DNA from: an uncultured Iamiaceae bacterium
GTDB lineage: Bacteria > Actinomycetota > Acidimicrobiia > Acidimicrobiales > Acidimicrobilacustridaceae
Direction: 5' to 3'
Assembly (NCBI GenBank): GCA_963778895.1
Contig: CAVZVZ010000007.1
Location: forward strand, 68,413-132,412
DNA length: 64,000 bases
Part shown: piece after piece, positions 20,121-30,339 of the stretch
Numbering within the stretch: the stretch's first letter is position 1
Layout of the letters: each line of letters opens with the position of its first letter
Notes under the pieces: generated by a model
Told to the model about the DNA's origin: nothing
Seen by the model: only the letters and a program-made list of their open reading frames with translations
Databases searched by the model: none
Translations under genes and position numbers: made by a program

Positions 20121-20870
20121 CTACGACGTCGCGCTCGGCCTTGACCGAGCGGCGAGCGCCAAAGCGAGCTGATCAGCGAGGACGATGGCGACATGGCGTT
20201 GGTCGCTGGGGACGCCCACGTCCGGCAGCGGCGTGCACACGAGATAGCCGAACGAGCGGTCACCGAGGTGCACGGGAAGCGCCACCCCACCTCTCGGAAG
20301 CTCGAATCCACCGTTGCTGTAGCGAAGCTCGGTATTCGGGATCGTGCCTTGCGCGGCCATCACCGGCACACCCGGGAGCGCGTCCGTTCGAAACGTGCAA
20401 TCGGTCAGCCGGAGCAGCGACAGGAGCTCGGCTCGAACGGCCGAGATGATGTCGTCGGGGTCAGCGCCCCGCGCGGCGAGCTCCGCCACCCGCCACACCC
20501 GCTCGACGTCGGTGTGTCTGTCGATGGCAACTCGCTTGCGCTTGTGGGCGAGCACGGCGACTTGCCCGACGACCAGACCGATCGCGAGCAACAGGAGCGT
20601 GGTGACGACATCGTCCGATGACTTGATACGCAGCTCGAGATAGGGCTGTGTGTGGAAGAAGTCGAATCCGAGCGCGGCCCCGACGGCTGCACCGGCACCG
20701 GTCCATCGCCCGCCGAAGAATCCACAGAGAACGATGACAAGCACGAGTGCGAGCGCGATGTTGGCGTTGTCGACCACATCGCGAAGTGGCACCAGCGCGA
20801 GTGCCGCCATGATCGTGACGCCCGCTCCGATTGCCGCCCCGGCTGGTGAGTCGACCGGATTCCTCTCCAT
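20121..20870 (-). CDS. DUF4118 domain-containing membrane protein (KdpD-like TM domain plus GAF-like C-terminus)
   Basis: Intact 249 aa. It has four TM helices with the FFHTQPY motif seen in the KdpD membrane domain. No kinase domain is present. Confidence 0.65.
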   Translation of the reverse strand: MERNPVDSPAGAAIGAGVTIMAALALVPLRDVVDNANIALALVLVIVLCGFFGGRWTGAGAAVGAALGFDFFHTQPYLELRIKSSDDVVTTLLLLAIGLVVGQVAVLAHKRKRVAIDRHTDVERVWRVAELAARGADPDDIISAVRAELLSLLRLTDCTFRTDALPGVPVMAAQGTIPNTELRYSNGGFELPRGGVALPVHLGDRSFGYLVCTPLPDVGVPSDQRHVAIVLADQLALALAARSRPSATS

Positions 20871-21024
20871 GGGACAGGTCTAGCCCGAGGGCCATGCACC
20901 GAGAAGGGTCCTTACGCCTTATCTACGCGGGCCCGCCTGGCCTTTACGGCTTGTTGACGCGGTTTCGCCTCCTGCCGGCGCGATGGGCCAGAATAGAACC
21001 CGGTTTCACCTCGGAGGACTGCAC

Positions 21025-22261
21025 ATGGAACTGGCCGAAATCGACCTCTTGAGCCGCGACGTCTTCACCGGCGGCGTTCCTGACGAGTGGTTCGCGTACC
21101 TGCGCGAGCACGCACCGATCCACCATCACGACGAACCGGACGGCCCGGGCTTCTGGGTGATCACGACCCACGAGGACATCACGGCCCTCAACCGCGACTG
21201 GGAAACGGCGTCGTCCGACCAAGCGCGTGGCGGTGTGGTGGTGATCGAGGAGCTCGACGAGGCCGGCAAGGAGCGCGCCGAGCAATTCGGTGGTGCGGGC
21301 AACCTCATGCTCACGATGGATCCGCCGGATCACACCCGGTACCGGAAGTTGGTGAATCGAGGATTCACGCCGAGGGTGATCCGATCGCTCGAGGATCACA
21401 TGCGCGAGCAGAGCGGCGTGATCATCGACCGCGTCCTCGACAAAGGCGGTGAATGCGACTTCGTGGTCGAGGTCGCCGCCGAGCTCCCGCTCGAGGCCAT
21501 CGCCGAGTTCCTGGGTGTGCCGTCCGAAGACCGTCACCGGCTGTTCGACTGGTCGAATCGCATGATCGGTAGCGAGGACCCTGAATACGCCGTCTCCGAA
21601 GAGAGCGTGATGGAGGCGCAGGTCGAGATGTTCATGTATGCCCAGGAGCTCGCGAACGATCGACGGGAGAACCCCCGCGACGACATCGTGAGCACGTTGA
21701 TCCACAGCGAGGTCGACGGCGACCAGCTGTCGGAGATGGACTTCAACTTGTTCTTCCTGCTGCTCGCGGTGGCCGGCAACGAGACGACGCGGAACGCGAT
21801 GTCGCACGGGATGCACGCGCTGCTCGAGCACCCCGACCAGTACGGCATGCTCGTCGAGGACCCGGCCCGTGTCGAGCTGGCCGTCGAGGAGATCCTGCGG
21901 TGGGCCAGCCCCGTCATGTACTTCCGACGGAACATCACGCGCGACATCGATTACAAGGGCCACGCAGATGAAGGCGGGCGACAAGATCACGCTCTGGTAC
22001 ATCTCGGCCAACCGCGACGAGAAGGTGTTCGAAGATCCGTACCGCTTCGACATCACGCGGGACCCGAACCCGCACATCGCGTTCGGCGGTGGCGGGCCTC
22101 ACTTCTGCCTGGGAGCCAACCTGGCCCGCATGGAGATGAAAGTGCTGTTCGAGGAGCTGGTGCGGCGGGCGCCACAGGTCGAGCAGCTCGGCGCACCGGA
22201 TCGCCTCCGATCGAACTTCATCAACGGCATCAAGCATCTTCCGGTGCGGCTGCACACCTGA
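21025..22261 (+). pseudogene. cytochrome P450, CYP125-like (steroid C26-monooxygenase family), one +1 frame change as assembled
   Basis: ATG 21025 follows GGAGGA. LAVAGNETTRN, the heme loop FGGGGPHFCLGANLA and the C-terminal RLRSNFINGIKHLPV closely resemble CYP125. There is an extra G at ~21964 (DYKGH|QMKAGDKITLWY). Confidence 0.85.
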
Positions 22262-22297
22262 CGCCGAAATCAACCGACGAGACCGAAAGAGCAACTC

Positions 22298-23170
22298 ATG
22301 ACCATGCCGGACGGCATCGGCGCGATCGACACCATGATCGGCTTCCCCCACGCGGACATGAAGGCCGTCTACGCCTTCATCACCCGCCAGACCAACGATC
22401 GGGAGTCGAAGGAGGACTTCGAGTTCCCGGTCGAGTACATGTTCAAGAACGTTCCCGAGAAGGAGCTTCGCAACGCCGGCGACCCGTTGAGCGTGACGTT
22501 GCACGAGATGGACAAGTGGGGCATCGAGCGCGGCATGATCGGAGCCGCCGACGAGCTGAGCCAACGGGCCCTTCACGACCATCCGGACCGATTCATCGCG
22601 TCGACCCAGGCCGACCCGAACGAAGGCATGGACGCGGTCCGAAAGATCGTGCGCGACTACGAGAAGTTCGGCGCGCGAGCTGTCGGGATGTTCCCGGCGG
22701 GTTATCACCCGCAGGTGCCGATCAACGACAAGCGCATGTACCCGATCTACGCCAAGTGCGTCGAGCTCGACATCCCGGTCTTCGTGTGCGCCGGCATTCC
22801 CGGGCCTCGCCTGAAGTTCGCGTGCCAGCACGTCGAGCTGATCGACGAGGTCATGTACGACTTCCCGGACCTCGTGTTCGTGACCCGTCACGGCTGCGAG
22901 CCGTGGGCGGAGCTGGCGGTGAAGCTCATGCTGAAATGGCCGAACCTCTATTACTCGACCAGCGCGTTCGCGCCGAAGTACTACCCGAAGGCGATCCTCG
23001 ATTACGCCAACACGCGGGGCGCCGACAAGATCATGTACGCCGGCTACTTCCCGATGGGTCTGTCGCTCGAGCGGATCATGACCGAGATGCGCGACGTGCC
23101 GCTCAAGGACGAGGTGTGGCCCAAGTTCCTGCGCGAGAACGCGGCGCGCGTGTTGAAGCTCGACACATGA
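22298..23170 (+). CDS. amidohydrolase family protein
   Basis: Intact 290 aa. It shows the TIM-barrel metal-hydrolase pattern GAIDTMIGFPH...VFVTRHGCEPW... Confidence 0.7.
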   Translation: MTMPDGIGAIDTMIGFPHADMKAVYAFITRQTNDRESKEDFEFPVEYMFKNVPEKELRNAGDPLSVTLHEMDKWGIERGMIGAADELSQRALHDHPDRFIASTQADPNEGMDAVRKIVRDYEKFGARAVGMFPAGYHPQVPINDKRMYPIYAKCVELDIPVFVCAGIPGPRLKFACQHVELIDEVMYDFPDLVFVTRHGCEPWAELAVKLMLKWPNLYYSTSAFAPKYYPKAILDYANTRGADKIMYAGYFPMGLSLERIMTEMRDVPLKDEVWPKFLRENAARVLKLDT

Positions 23171-23236
23171 CCGCGCCACGACGCACCGCACTCACGGCGG
23201 TCCGCGAGGACGTCGTCGCCCCAGCCCGTCGAGACG

Positions 23237-23809
23237 ATGTCGTCGACCCAACTCGCGCGGCGCCAGCGAGTGCTCGACGCGGTGCTCGAGCTGATTCTCG
23301 ACGGGGCCGACGAAGACATGCAGATGAAGGAGATCGCCGACCGATCGAACGTCGCGCTCGGCACCATCTACCGGTACTTCTCCTCCAAGGACCACGTGCT
23401 CGCCGCGGCCCTCGTCGAGTGGACTCGCGGCCTCGAGCAGAAGATCACCGCCGATGCGCCGGCGCGCGGCTCGGCGGCCGACCAACTGGTGGCCATCTTC
23501 CGCCGGGCGCTTCGCGCCTATCAACGTCACCCGACGTTCGCGTCGGTGTTGATCTTCGTGGCGAACTCGCCGGATCCGAACGCCAGCGCCTGTTACCGGG
23601 AGATGGGCCCGGTGGTGTTCGCGACGTTCGATCCTCCGGAGCTCGACGACGAGACACGTGAGCAGGTGCTCGCCCTCGTGGGCGCGCTCTGGTATCACGA
23701 ACTCGTCGAATGGACGAACGAACGCCGCACGATCGGCGAGGTACAGACCTCGCTCGAGCGTGCGGCGCGGTTCTTGCTACCGGACGCGTCTCGTTCCCTC
23801 AGGCGCTGA
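23237..23809 (+). CDS. TetR/AcrR family transcriptional regulator
   Basis: 190 aa. The HTH is MKEIADRSNVALGTIYRYFSSKDHVL. Confidence 0.85.
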   Translation: MSSTQLARRQRVLDAVLELILDGADEDMQMKEIADRSNVALGTIYRYFSSKDHVLAAALVEWTRGLEQKITADAPARGSAADQLVAIFRRALRAYQRHPTFASVLIFVANSPDPNASACYREMGPVVFATFDPPELDDETREQVLALVGALWYHELVEWTNERRTIGEVQTSLERAARFLLPDASRSLRR

Positions 23810-24197
23810 GAAGCTTCGCCTTCGCGGTGTCGAACTCTTCCTGGCTGATCGAGCCCTTGCTGCGCAGCTCGTCCAGCTTGTGTAGCTGATCACCGACGTT
23901 CGACTCACCGGCGGTTTGCTTGATGTAGTCGTCCATCTGTTGCTGCGCTTGTTGCGCCTGTTTCATGTTGCGTTCCGCCATGCCGTGGCCACGGGCGATG
24001 ATGTAGACCAGCGCCGTCAGGAACGGCACGATCACCAAGGCGATGATCCAGAGCGCCTTGGCCCATGCGCTCACGGTGTGGTCCCGGAACAGGTCGCTGA
24101 TGATCGCGATGAGAATCCAAATCCAGATGATCAAGAAGAAGACCCAGAGCGCCACGAGAATGGCATCTCCGAATGTCCAGTTGTCTGCCAGGACCAT
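23799..24197 (-). CDS. PLD-nuclease N-terminal (PLDc_N) / SHOCT domain membrane protein
   Basis: 132 aa. Two TM helices (WIWILIAIISDLF..., LWIIALVIVPFLTALVYII) are followed by the C-terminal SHOCT motif LHKLDELRSKGSISQEEFDTAKAKLL. Confidence 0.75.
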   Translation of the reverse strand: MVLADNWTFGDAILVALWVFFLIIWIWILIAIISDLFRDHTVSAWAKALWIIALVIVPFLTALVYIIARGHGMAERNMKQAQQAQQQMDDYIKQTAGESNVGDQLHKLDELRSKGSISQEEFDTAKAKLLSA

Positions 24198-24340
24198 TGC
24201 CCAACTCCCTTACGTCGCTGGCGCGTTCATCGGATTGCGAACGCGCTCCTCAACTCCGGGATGACACCCTAGACGGCGCCCGTCGGGCAAGCATCACCCA
24301 CAACGGATGAACCGACGGCTGGCCAGGTGACCGTACGTTC

Positions 24341-25290
24341 GTGAAGACATGGAGGTCAGGCGTGGCGACGGAGGCTGACGCGGGCAGCGAGGACGAAGCG
24401 CACCCGACGCTCCGTGATCGCGCCACCGCCGCGGCGGAGGTTGCCAACGATCGATGGAAGCGACTCTCTCGAGCGTTGGCCCTGGTTGGCGCTGCCCTAC
24501 GAGTTCGTCCGGCGCTGGACCGGTACCAACGCGAGTGTGCTCGCCGGTCATCTCGCGTATCGCGTCTTCGTGTTCATCCTGCCGCTGCTTGGTGCTCGTC
24601 GTGGGCGTTCTCGGCTACGCCTCGTCGTCTGGCACGGATCTGCAGCAGCAGGGTCAAAGCACCATGCGGTTCAGCGACGTGATCGCATCGACGGTCTCGA
24701 ACACGGGCAGCAGCGCGAGGGACGGACGTCTACAGCTGGTGGTGTTCGGTGGCTTCGCGGTTCTCCTTGCCGCGTCCGGGTCTCGTCAAGGCGCTGCAAT
24801 TGGTGTTCGCGACGGCGTGGGGAGTCTCCGTCAAGAGCGGCAGGAGTCGCTGGGCCGTGCTCGGCCGGTTCCTCCCGGGCGTGCTGGTCATCCTGGCCGC
24901 GGTCGCGTTTCGGCAGTGGCTGAGCCGTTCGGGATCGTGCTGACCCTCGACGCGAGGTGCTGAACGCGTTCATCGACGCGGTCGCGCTGCTCGGCTTGTC
25001 GTGGGTGCTGCCGCGCCGAACGACGAGCCTGCTCGACCTCGCACCCGGGAGCACTGTCTGGGTGGCGTTGGTCTCGGCGCATTGCACATCGCCACGCTCG
25101 TGTACTTCCCAACGAAGATCGAGCGAGCGTCCGCACTCTACGGAACGCTCGGCATCGCCCTCGTCGCGTTGCTCTACCTGTTCCTCGTCGGTCAGGTGTT
25201 GGTCGCGTCGGCCATCGCGAACACGGTCTGGTTCGACCGCCGCGAGATCCTCGCGTCGTCAGTCGACCGAGTCCTGAAGCCCGGCCAGGT
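24341..25290 (+). pseudogene. YihY/BrkB (virulence factor BrkB / RNase BN-like) family membrane protein, at least 6 frame changes; end approximate
   Basis: Collinear fragments lie in rotating frames: LAGHLAYRVFVFILPLL | VLVVGVLGYASS...VVFGGFAVLLAASG | LVKALQLVFATAWGV... | LNAFIDAVALLGLSWVLPRR...LAPG|ALSG|GVGLGALHIATLVYFP...ALYGTLGIALVALLYLFLVGQVLV. Confidence 0.7.
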
Positions 25291-25304
25291 GCCAAGATGC
25301 GCCC

Positions 25305-26326
25305 ATGGGCCAAGACGCGCCGGTAGAGCCGCGGTGGGAGTGGCACAGCGATTGGGCGTACCTCGACGAGGTCCCGGACGCGGCTGACGCGTGGGCGCAT
25401 CATGGCGTGGCGGTGACGGCGGCCGGCTCGGTCGTCGGCTTCCATGCCCGGCAACTCGTGGTGTTCGACCGCGAGGGTCACGTGGCCGTCGTGTGTCGAG
25501 ACACCGTTGTTCGAGGGGCACCAGATCACGCTTGTCCGCGTCGATGGCGAGGAACGGGTGTGGGTTGCCGATCCGGGCATGTGCATTCACCGTCAGGCGG
25601 GCGGGAATCTCGGTCACGGCCTGGAGATCGCAGGCGGGGAGGGTCGCGCCGTGTTGCTGACCCTCGGATGGTGAGGTCCTCCAGGAGATCACCCGGCCAC
25701 CTCTGCCGGACGGAGCGTCCCACCTGCCCACGTCGGTGGCGGTGGACGAGCGAGATCGACGGCGGCGAGCGGCGACATCTGGGTCGCAGACGGATACGGC
25801 AGCGGGATCGTCCACCGGTATGACGCCGGTGGTCGGCTGCTCGGCGAGATCGACGGCACGGAGGGTGCCGGTCGTTTCGATTGTCCGCACGCGGTCTTCG
25901 TCGATCGTCGCGGTGCGAGACGCGAGGTGTACGTAGCCGACCGCGGCAACGCGCGTGTGCAGGTGTTCGACATCGACGACACCTTCGTGCGTTCGTTCGG
26001 CGAGGGCGTGCTCACGAGCCCGAGCTCCTTCGCGTGTTGGGGCGACTCGCTCGTCGTGGCCGAGCTCAACGCGCGGCTGGCCATCTTCGATGCCCGCGAC
26101 CAGCTCGTCGAGTACGTCGGCGACAACAGTGCGGTGGTGAGCGAGCCCGGTTGGCCGAATTCGCTCGACTCCGACGACAACGTGGTTCGCAGTCACGAGC
26201 TCCGAACCGAACGATTCAACAGCCCGCACGCGGTGGCAGTCGGCGCCGGACGGTTCGTTGTTCGTGGCGGAGTGGCTCGTCGGCGGCCGCTACACCAAGC
26301 TCACACGGAGGATGACAGCACCATGA
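25305..26326 (+). pseudogene. NHL-repeat beta-propeller protein (peptidylglycine-amidating-lyase-like), at least 5 frame changes
   Basis: The fragments are WEWHSDWAYL...HHGVAV, EGHQITLVRVDGEERVWVADPG, GDIWVADGYGSGIVHRYDAGG...GAGRFDCPHAVFVD...VYVADRGNARVQVFD...FNSPHAVAV and a terminal FVAEWLVGGRYTKL. The stop at 26324-26326 overlaps the next ATG. Confidence 0.7.
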
Positions 26327-28811
26327 CCACGGGCCGCCACTGACATCGAGGCGCTCGTCGCCAGCCTCACGCTCGACGAGAAGGCATCGCTCACCGCCGG
26401 CGAGGACCTGTGGTCGACGGTCGCGATCGATCGCGTCGGCATCCCCAAGGTGCGCGTCACCGACGGGCCGAACGGCGCGCGCGGGCGCATCGGTGCCCGG
26501 TTCGGCCGGCGCGACCGCGGCGTGCGTGCCGTGCGGCTCGGCGCTCGGCGCGACATGGGACGTCGAGCTGATCGAACGCGTCGGCCAGATGCTCGGCGAC
26601 GAAACCCGGTCGAAGGCGTGCCGAGTGCTGCTGGCACCGACGGTCAACATCCACCGATCGCCACTCGCGGGCCGGAACTTCGAGTGCTACTCGGAGGACC
26701 CGCTGCTGTCCGGGCGCATTGCCGCGGCGTTCATTCGAGGCGTGCAATCTCGCGACGTCGCAACCACGGTCAAGCACTTCGTCGGCAACGAGGCCGAGTT
26801 CGAGCGGATGACGATCAGCTCGGTCATCGACGAGCGAACGCTTCGCGAGATCTACCTCTTGCCGTTCGAGTTGGCCGTGCGCGAGGGCGGCACGCTCGGG
26901 CTTGATGACCAGCTACAACCGAGTCAACGGCGAGTACTGCACCGATCACGTGGATCTCTTGGCGGACGTCCTTCGGGCGAGTGGGGATTCGAGGGGTTCG
27001 TGCTCACCGATTGGTTCGCGGCGACCAACACCGTCTACTCCGCGACCGCCGGTACCGATCTCGAGATGCCGGGACCACGGCGGGCGTTCGGCGAACGACT
27101 GGCCGAGGCCGTGCGCAACGGTCAGCTCGACGAGCGGTTCGTCGACGCGCAAGCGCGTCGCCTACTTGCAGGTGTTCGACCGGCTCGGCGCCCTCGACGA
27201 CCCGGCCGAGGCCATCGAACGATCCGACGATCGTGCCCGAACATCGTGCCCTCGCCCGCGAGGCTTCCGCGTCCGCCATGGTGCTGCTTCGCAACGACGG
27301 CATCCTGCCGCTCGACTTCTCGTCGGTGCGTCGGCTGGCCGTGATCGGACCGAACGCCGACCGCGCCCAGATCATGGGGGGTGGGTCGGCGTCGTTGAGC
27401 GTGCACTACCGCGTCACTCCGCTCGACGCCTTGCGGTCGAGTCTCGGCGATGATGTCGTCGATCACCTGTGAGCGGGGGTGTGACACGGATCGAACCGTG
27501 CCGCCGCTCTCGGGCGCGTCGATCGTCCGCGACGACGGCACGCCTGGTCTCGATGTCGGCGTTCTACGCCGGCCCGGACTTCGGCGGTGAGGTGGTGCAC
27601 CGCGGGCGAGCTCGCCTCGAGTCGCGTGCTGTTGCTCGGCGCCGCGCACGAGAACGTGCCGGCTGACGACTTCTCGCTCACCGCGACCGGCACCTTCACT
27701 CCGACCGAGACCGGTACCCACACCTTCACGTTGATCCAGACCGGCCAGGCGCGGCTGTTGCTCGACGGTGATGTCGTGATCGACGGTGTGGCCAACCCGC
27801 CGGGTCGGGGCAGCGACTTCTTCGGGTTCGGGAGCGAAGAGGTCCAGCAGGATGTCGAGCTGGTCGCCGGTCGAGCCGGTGCAGGTGAGGATCGAGTACT
27901 CGAGTCGAGGGTCGGCAGTGGTGCACGGCGTGAAGATCGGTTGTCGCGTGCCGTCACCGCCCGATCTGCTCGATCGGGCGGTCGCCGCCGCCGGCCGCGG
28001 CGACCTCGCGATCGTCGTGGTCGGGACCAACGACGACTGGGAGTCCGAAGGTCACGACCGGACCTCCCTCGATCTACCCGGCGAGCAGGACGAGCTGGTG
28101 ACCGCGCGTGCTCGCGGCCAATCCCCGCACGGTGGTCGTGTTGAACACCGGCGCGCCCGTTACTCTCGATTGGGCCGATCAGGCGCCGGCGCTCCTTCAG
28201 ATGTGGTTCGGCGGCCAAGAGATGGCCAACGCGATGGTGGACGTGCTGTCCGGCGCGGCCGAGCCGGGTGGCCGACTCCCGACCACGTTTCCCCGTCGCG
28301 TCGAGGACAATCCGTCGTACGGCAACTTTCCCGGTGAGTTCGGCGAGGTTCGCTACGGCGAAGGCCTGCTCGTCGGCTACCGCTGGTACGACACGCGCGC
28401 GGTGCCAACGCGCTTTCCCTTCGGTCACGGCTTGTCGTACACGTCGTTCGACTACGGCGACGTGGCGGCGCCGACGACGTTCACGGTCGGGCGACTCCGT
28501 GGTTGTGCGTGTGCCCGATCACCAACGTGGGACCTCGCGCCGGGTCGGACGTCGTGCAGTGCTACGTCGCGCCGGTCGACGCGCGGGTGGCCCGACCGGC
28601 GAAGGAGCTCAAGGCGTTTCGCAAGGTCCGGGCCGAGCCGGGCGCCACGGTCGAGGTCGAGTTGACACTCGACGATCGCGCCTTCGCGCTATTGGGATCC
28701 GCAATCGCTCGACGTGGCGAGTCGACGCCGGCCGCTACGAGCTCCACATCGGGCGCTCGTCGGACGACATCGTCCACGTCGTGCCCGATCGACGTCGTGT
28801 CGTCGGGCTGA
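26323..28811 (+). pseudogene. glycoside hydrolase family 3 beta-glucosidase with PA14 insert, about 16 frame changes
   Basis: GH3 blocks appear in order across all three frames: LTLDEKASLTAGEDLW, VTDGPNGARG, LAPTVNIHRSPLAGRNFECYSEDP, KHFVGNE, MTSYNRVNGEY, GEWGFEGFVLTDW, VIGPNA, a PA14-like FSLTATGTFTPTETGTHTF, VVVGTNDDWESEGHDR, VVVLNTGAPV and FPFGHGLSYTSF. Confidence 0.85.
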
Positions 28812-28814
28812 CCG

Positions 28815-29090
28815 TTACCCGGGCCCGCTCTCGAATCGTCGAATCCGTCCGAGTTGAGGGCTCGTTCCAGCAGTCGGGCCGCCTGGAACCAGCCGTCAGC
28901 GTCCTGCAACGACCGTCGGGCACACGTCGACAGGGCTTCGGCCGCGAGCGCGCGGTTGCCGTTGGTGACGTCGGCGACCAGTGCGATGGCTCCGTCGAGC
29001 CCAGTTCCGCTGGTCGCGGCCTTGTGCACGGCGTCGCAGACTCTGCTCGACCCGCGCCGGGTCGTAGTGATGCGCGTCGGCATCCGGGCT
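28815..29090 (-). CDS. possible small hypothetical protein (frame-shifted; boundaries uncertain)
   Basis: The ATG at 29090 gives MSPDADAHHYDPARVEQ. It then continues in another frame as CDAVHKAATSGTGLDGAIALVADVTNGNRALAAEAL...WFQAARLLERAL with strong G/C third-position bias. I recognise no family, and the 3' end runs antisense into the GH3 gene. Confidence 0.25.
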
Positions 29091-29227
29091 CATGTCGTCG
29101 TCCTGTGCTCGTCGGGTGTCGCGGGTTCTTACCACGGGGCGCGAACCACGGCGCGCGACCCGTGGTCGTGGCACGCTGGTGACGGCTGCGTCCGGAGGGG
29201 CCAGGCCGTCTCGGGGAAGGCAGAATC

Positions 29228-30328
29228 ATGACGGACGTGCTGGAACATCCAAGGCCGGTGGTCGATCCCGAGCCGGTGCAGCCCAGGCGCACGTCGGGAG
29301 GTCGCTTCGATGCGCGCCGTGTCGGTATCGCCGTCGCCATCGCAGGTGCGGTTGCGATGGTCGTCGGGATGGCCGTCGACGGCGTGGAGCACTCGCTCGA
29401 TCCCACCCTGGTGCAGCGTGAAGGGCTCTTCACGCTGACGAACGTCGGCCACGCGCTGCTGCTGCTCGGCGCCGGCGCCGTCGTCGCCGGTCTGCTCCTG
29501 GCTCTCGTCGGCCCGTTCATCTATCGGACTGGCGCACGTGGTGAGCCGCGCCCGGACGCCGAATCGTTCAGCTCACCGCGCCGCTCGTGCTGCTCGCCGT
29601 GTTCGCCGGCGGTGGCCGTATGGGGATCGAACTCGTCGCTCGCGCAGGGCCACTCGCACGACGAGACGGTGGCGACAGGCGACGGCCATACGCACGCCGC
29701 CGGCACGGCCGCGACGCACGCACATCCGACGGTCCCGTACCAACCGCTCGACGCCGCCACGCAGAACACGCTGATCGGTCAGATGAGCCGCGTGCGCGAG
29801 ATCACGATGCGTTATCCGACGGTGGCGGCCGCGACCGCGGCCGGGTTGCGACCGGTCGGGCCGTTCTCGGCCGGTTCCGGCGCGCACTACCTGGTGCCGC
29901 TCAACACCGTGATGTCCGGGCTCGATGGGTTCGATCTCGACCATCCGATCATCTACCTGTACTCGGGCAACGACCCGACATCCACCGTGGTCGGGGTCAT
30001 GTACTACGTCATGAACGTCTCGGCTGCGCCCGACGGATTCGCGGGACCGAACGACGTGTGGCACGTGCACCAGGGGCTGTGCCTGCAGTACACGCCGACA
30101 GGTATCGACCTGCCGCTGCCCATCGACGGCGACGCCACCGCGGAGCAGTGCGCGGCCTTTCCCGGGAGCATGTACATGGACGTGACCGGCTACATGGTCC
30201 ATGTGTGGTCGGGCCCGGGCTGGGAGAGCCCCGACGGTGTGTTCGCTCACGACAACACCGCGCTCACGTGCGCCGACGGGCGGACCGCGGGGCAGGTCGC
30301 CCTCAACGAGGGCTGCGCGGGCCGATAG
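29228..30328 (+). CDS. hypothetical membrane-anchored protein with His-rich linker
   Basis: 366-aa ORF. Two TM helices are followed by GHSHDETVATGDGHTHAAGTAATHAH and a Cys-containing extracytoplasmic domain. I recognise no family. Confidence 0.5.
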   Translation: MTDVLEHPRPVVDPEPVQPRRTSGGRFDARRVGIAVAIAGAVAMVVGMAVDGVEHSLDPTLVQREGLFTLTNVGHALLLLGAGAVVAGLLLALVGPFIYRTGARGEPRPDAESFSSPRRSCCSPCSPAVAVWGSNSSLAQGHSHDETVATGDGHTHAAGTAATHAHPTVPYQPLDAATQNTLIGQMSRVREITMRYPTVAAATAAGLRPVGPFSAGSGAHYLVPLNTVMSGLDGFDLDHPIIYLYSGNDPTSTVVGVMYYVMNVSAAPDGFAGPNDVWHVHQGLCLQYTPTGIDLPLPIDGDATAEQCAAFPGSMYMDVTGYMVHVWSGPGWESPDGVFAHDNTALTCADGRTAGQVALNEGCAGR

Positions 30329-30339
30329 CGCACGGCCGC

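Noticed and set aside
20994-21008. TAGAACCCGGTTTCA upstream of the CYP125-like gene as a KstR operator
   Set aside because: The KstR motif as I recall it is TnnAACnnGTTnnA with a 2-nt centre. Here the centre is 3 nt and only AACC/GGTT pair, which is too weak to call.
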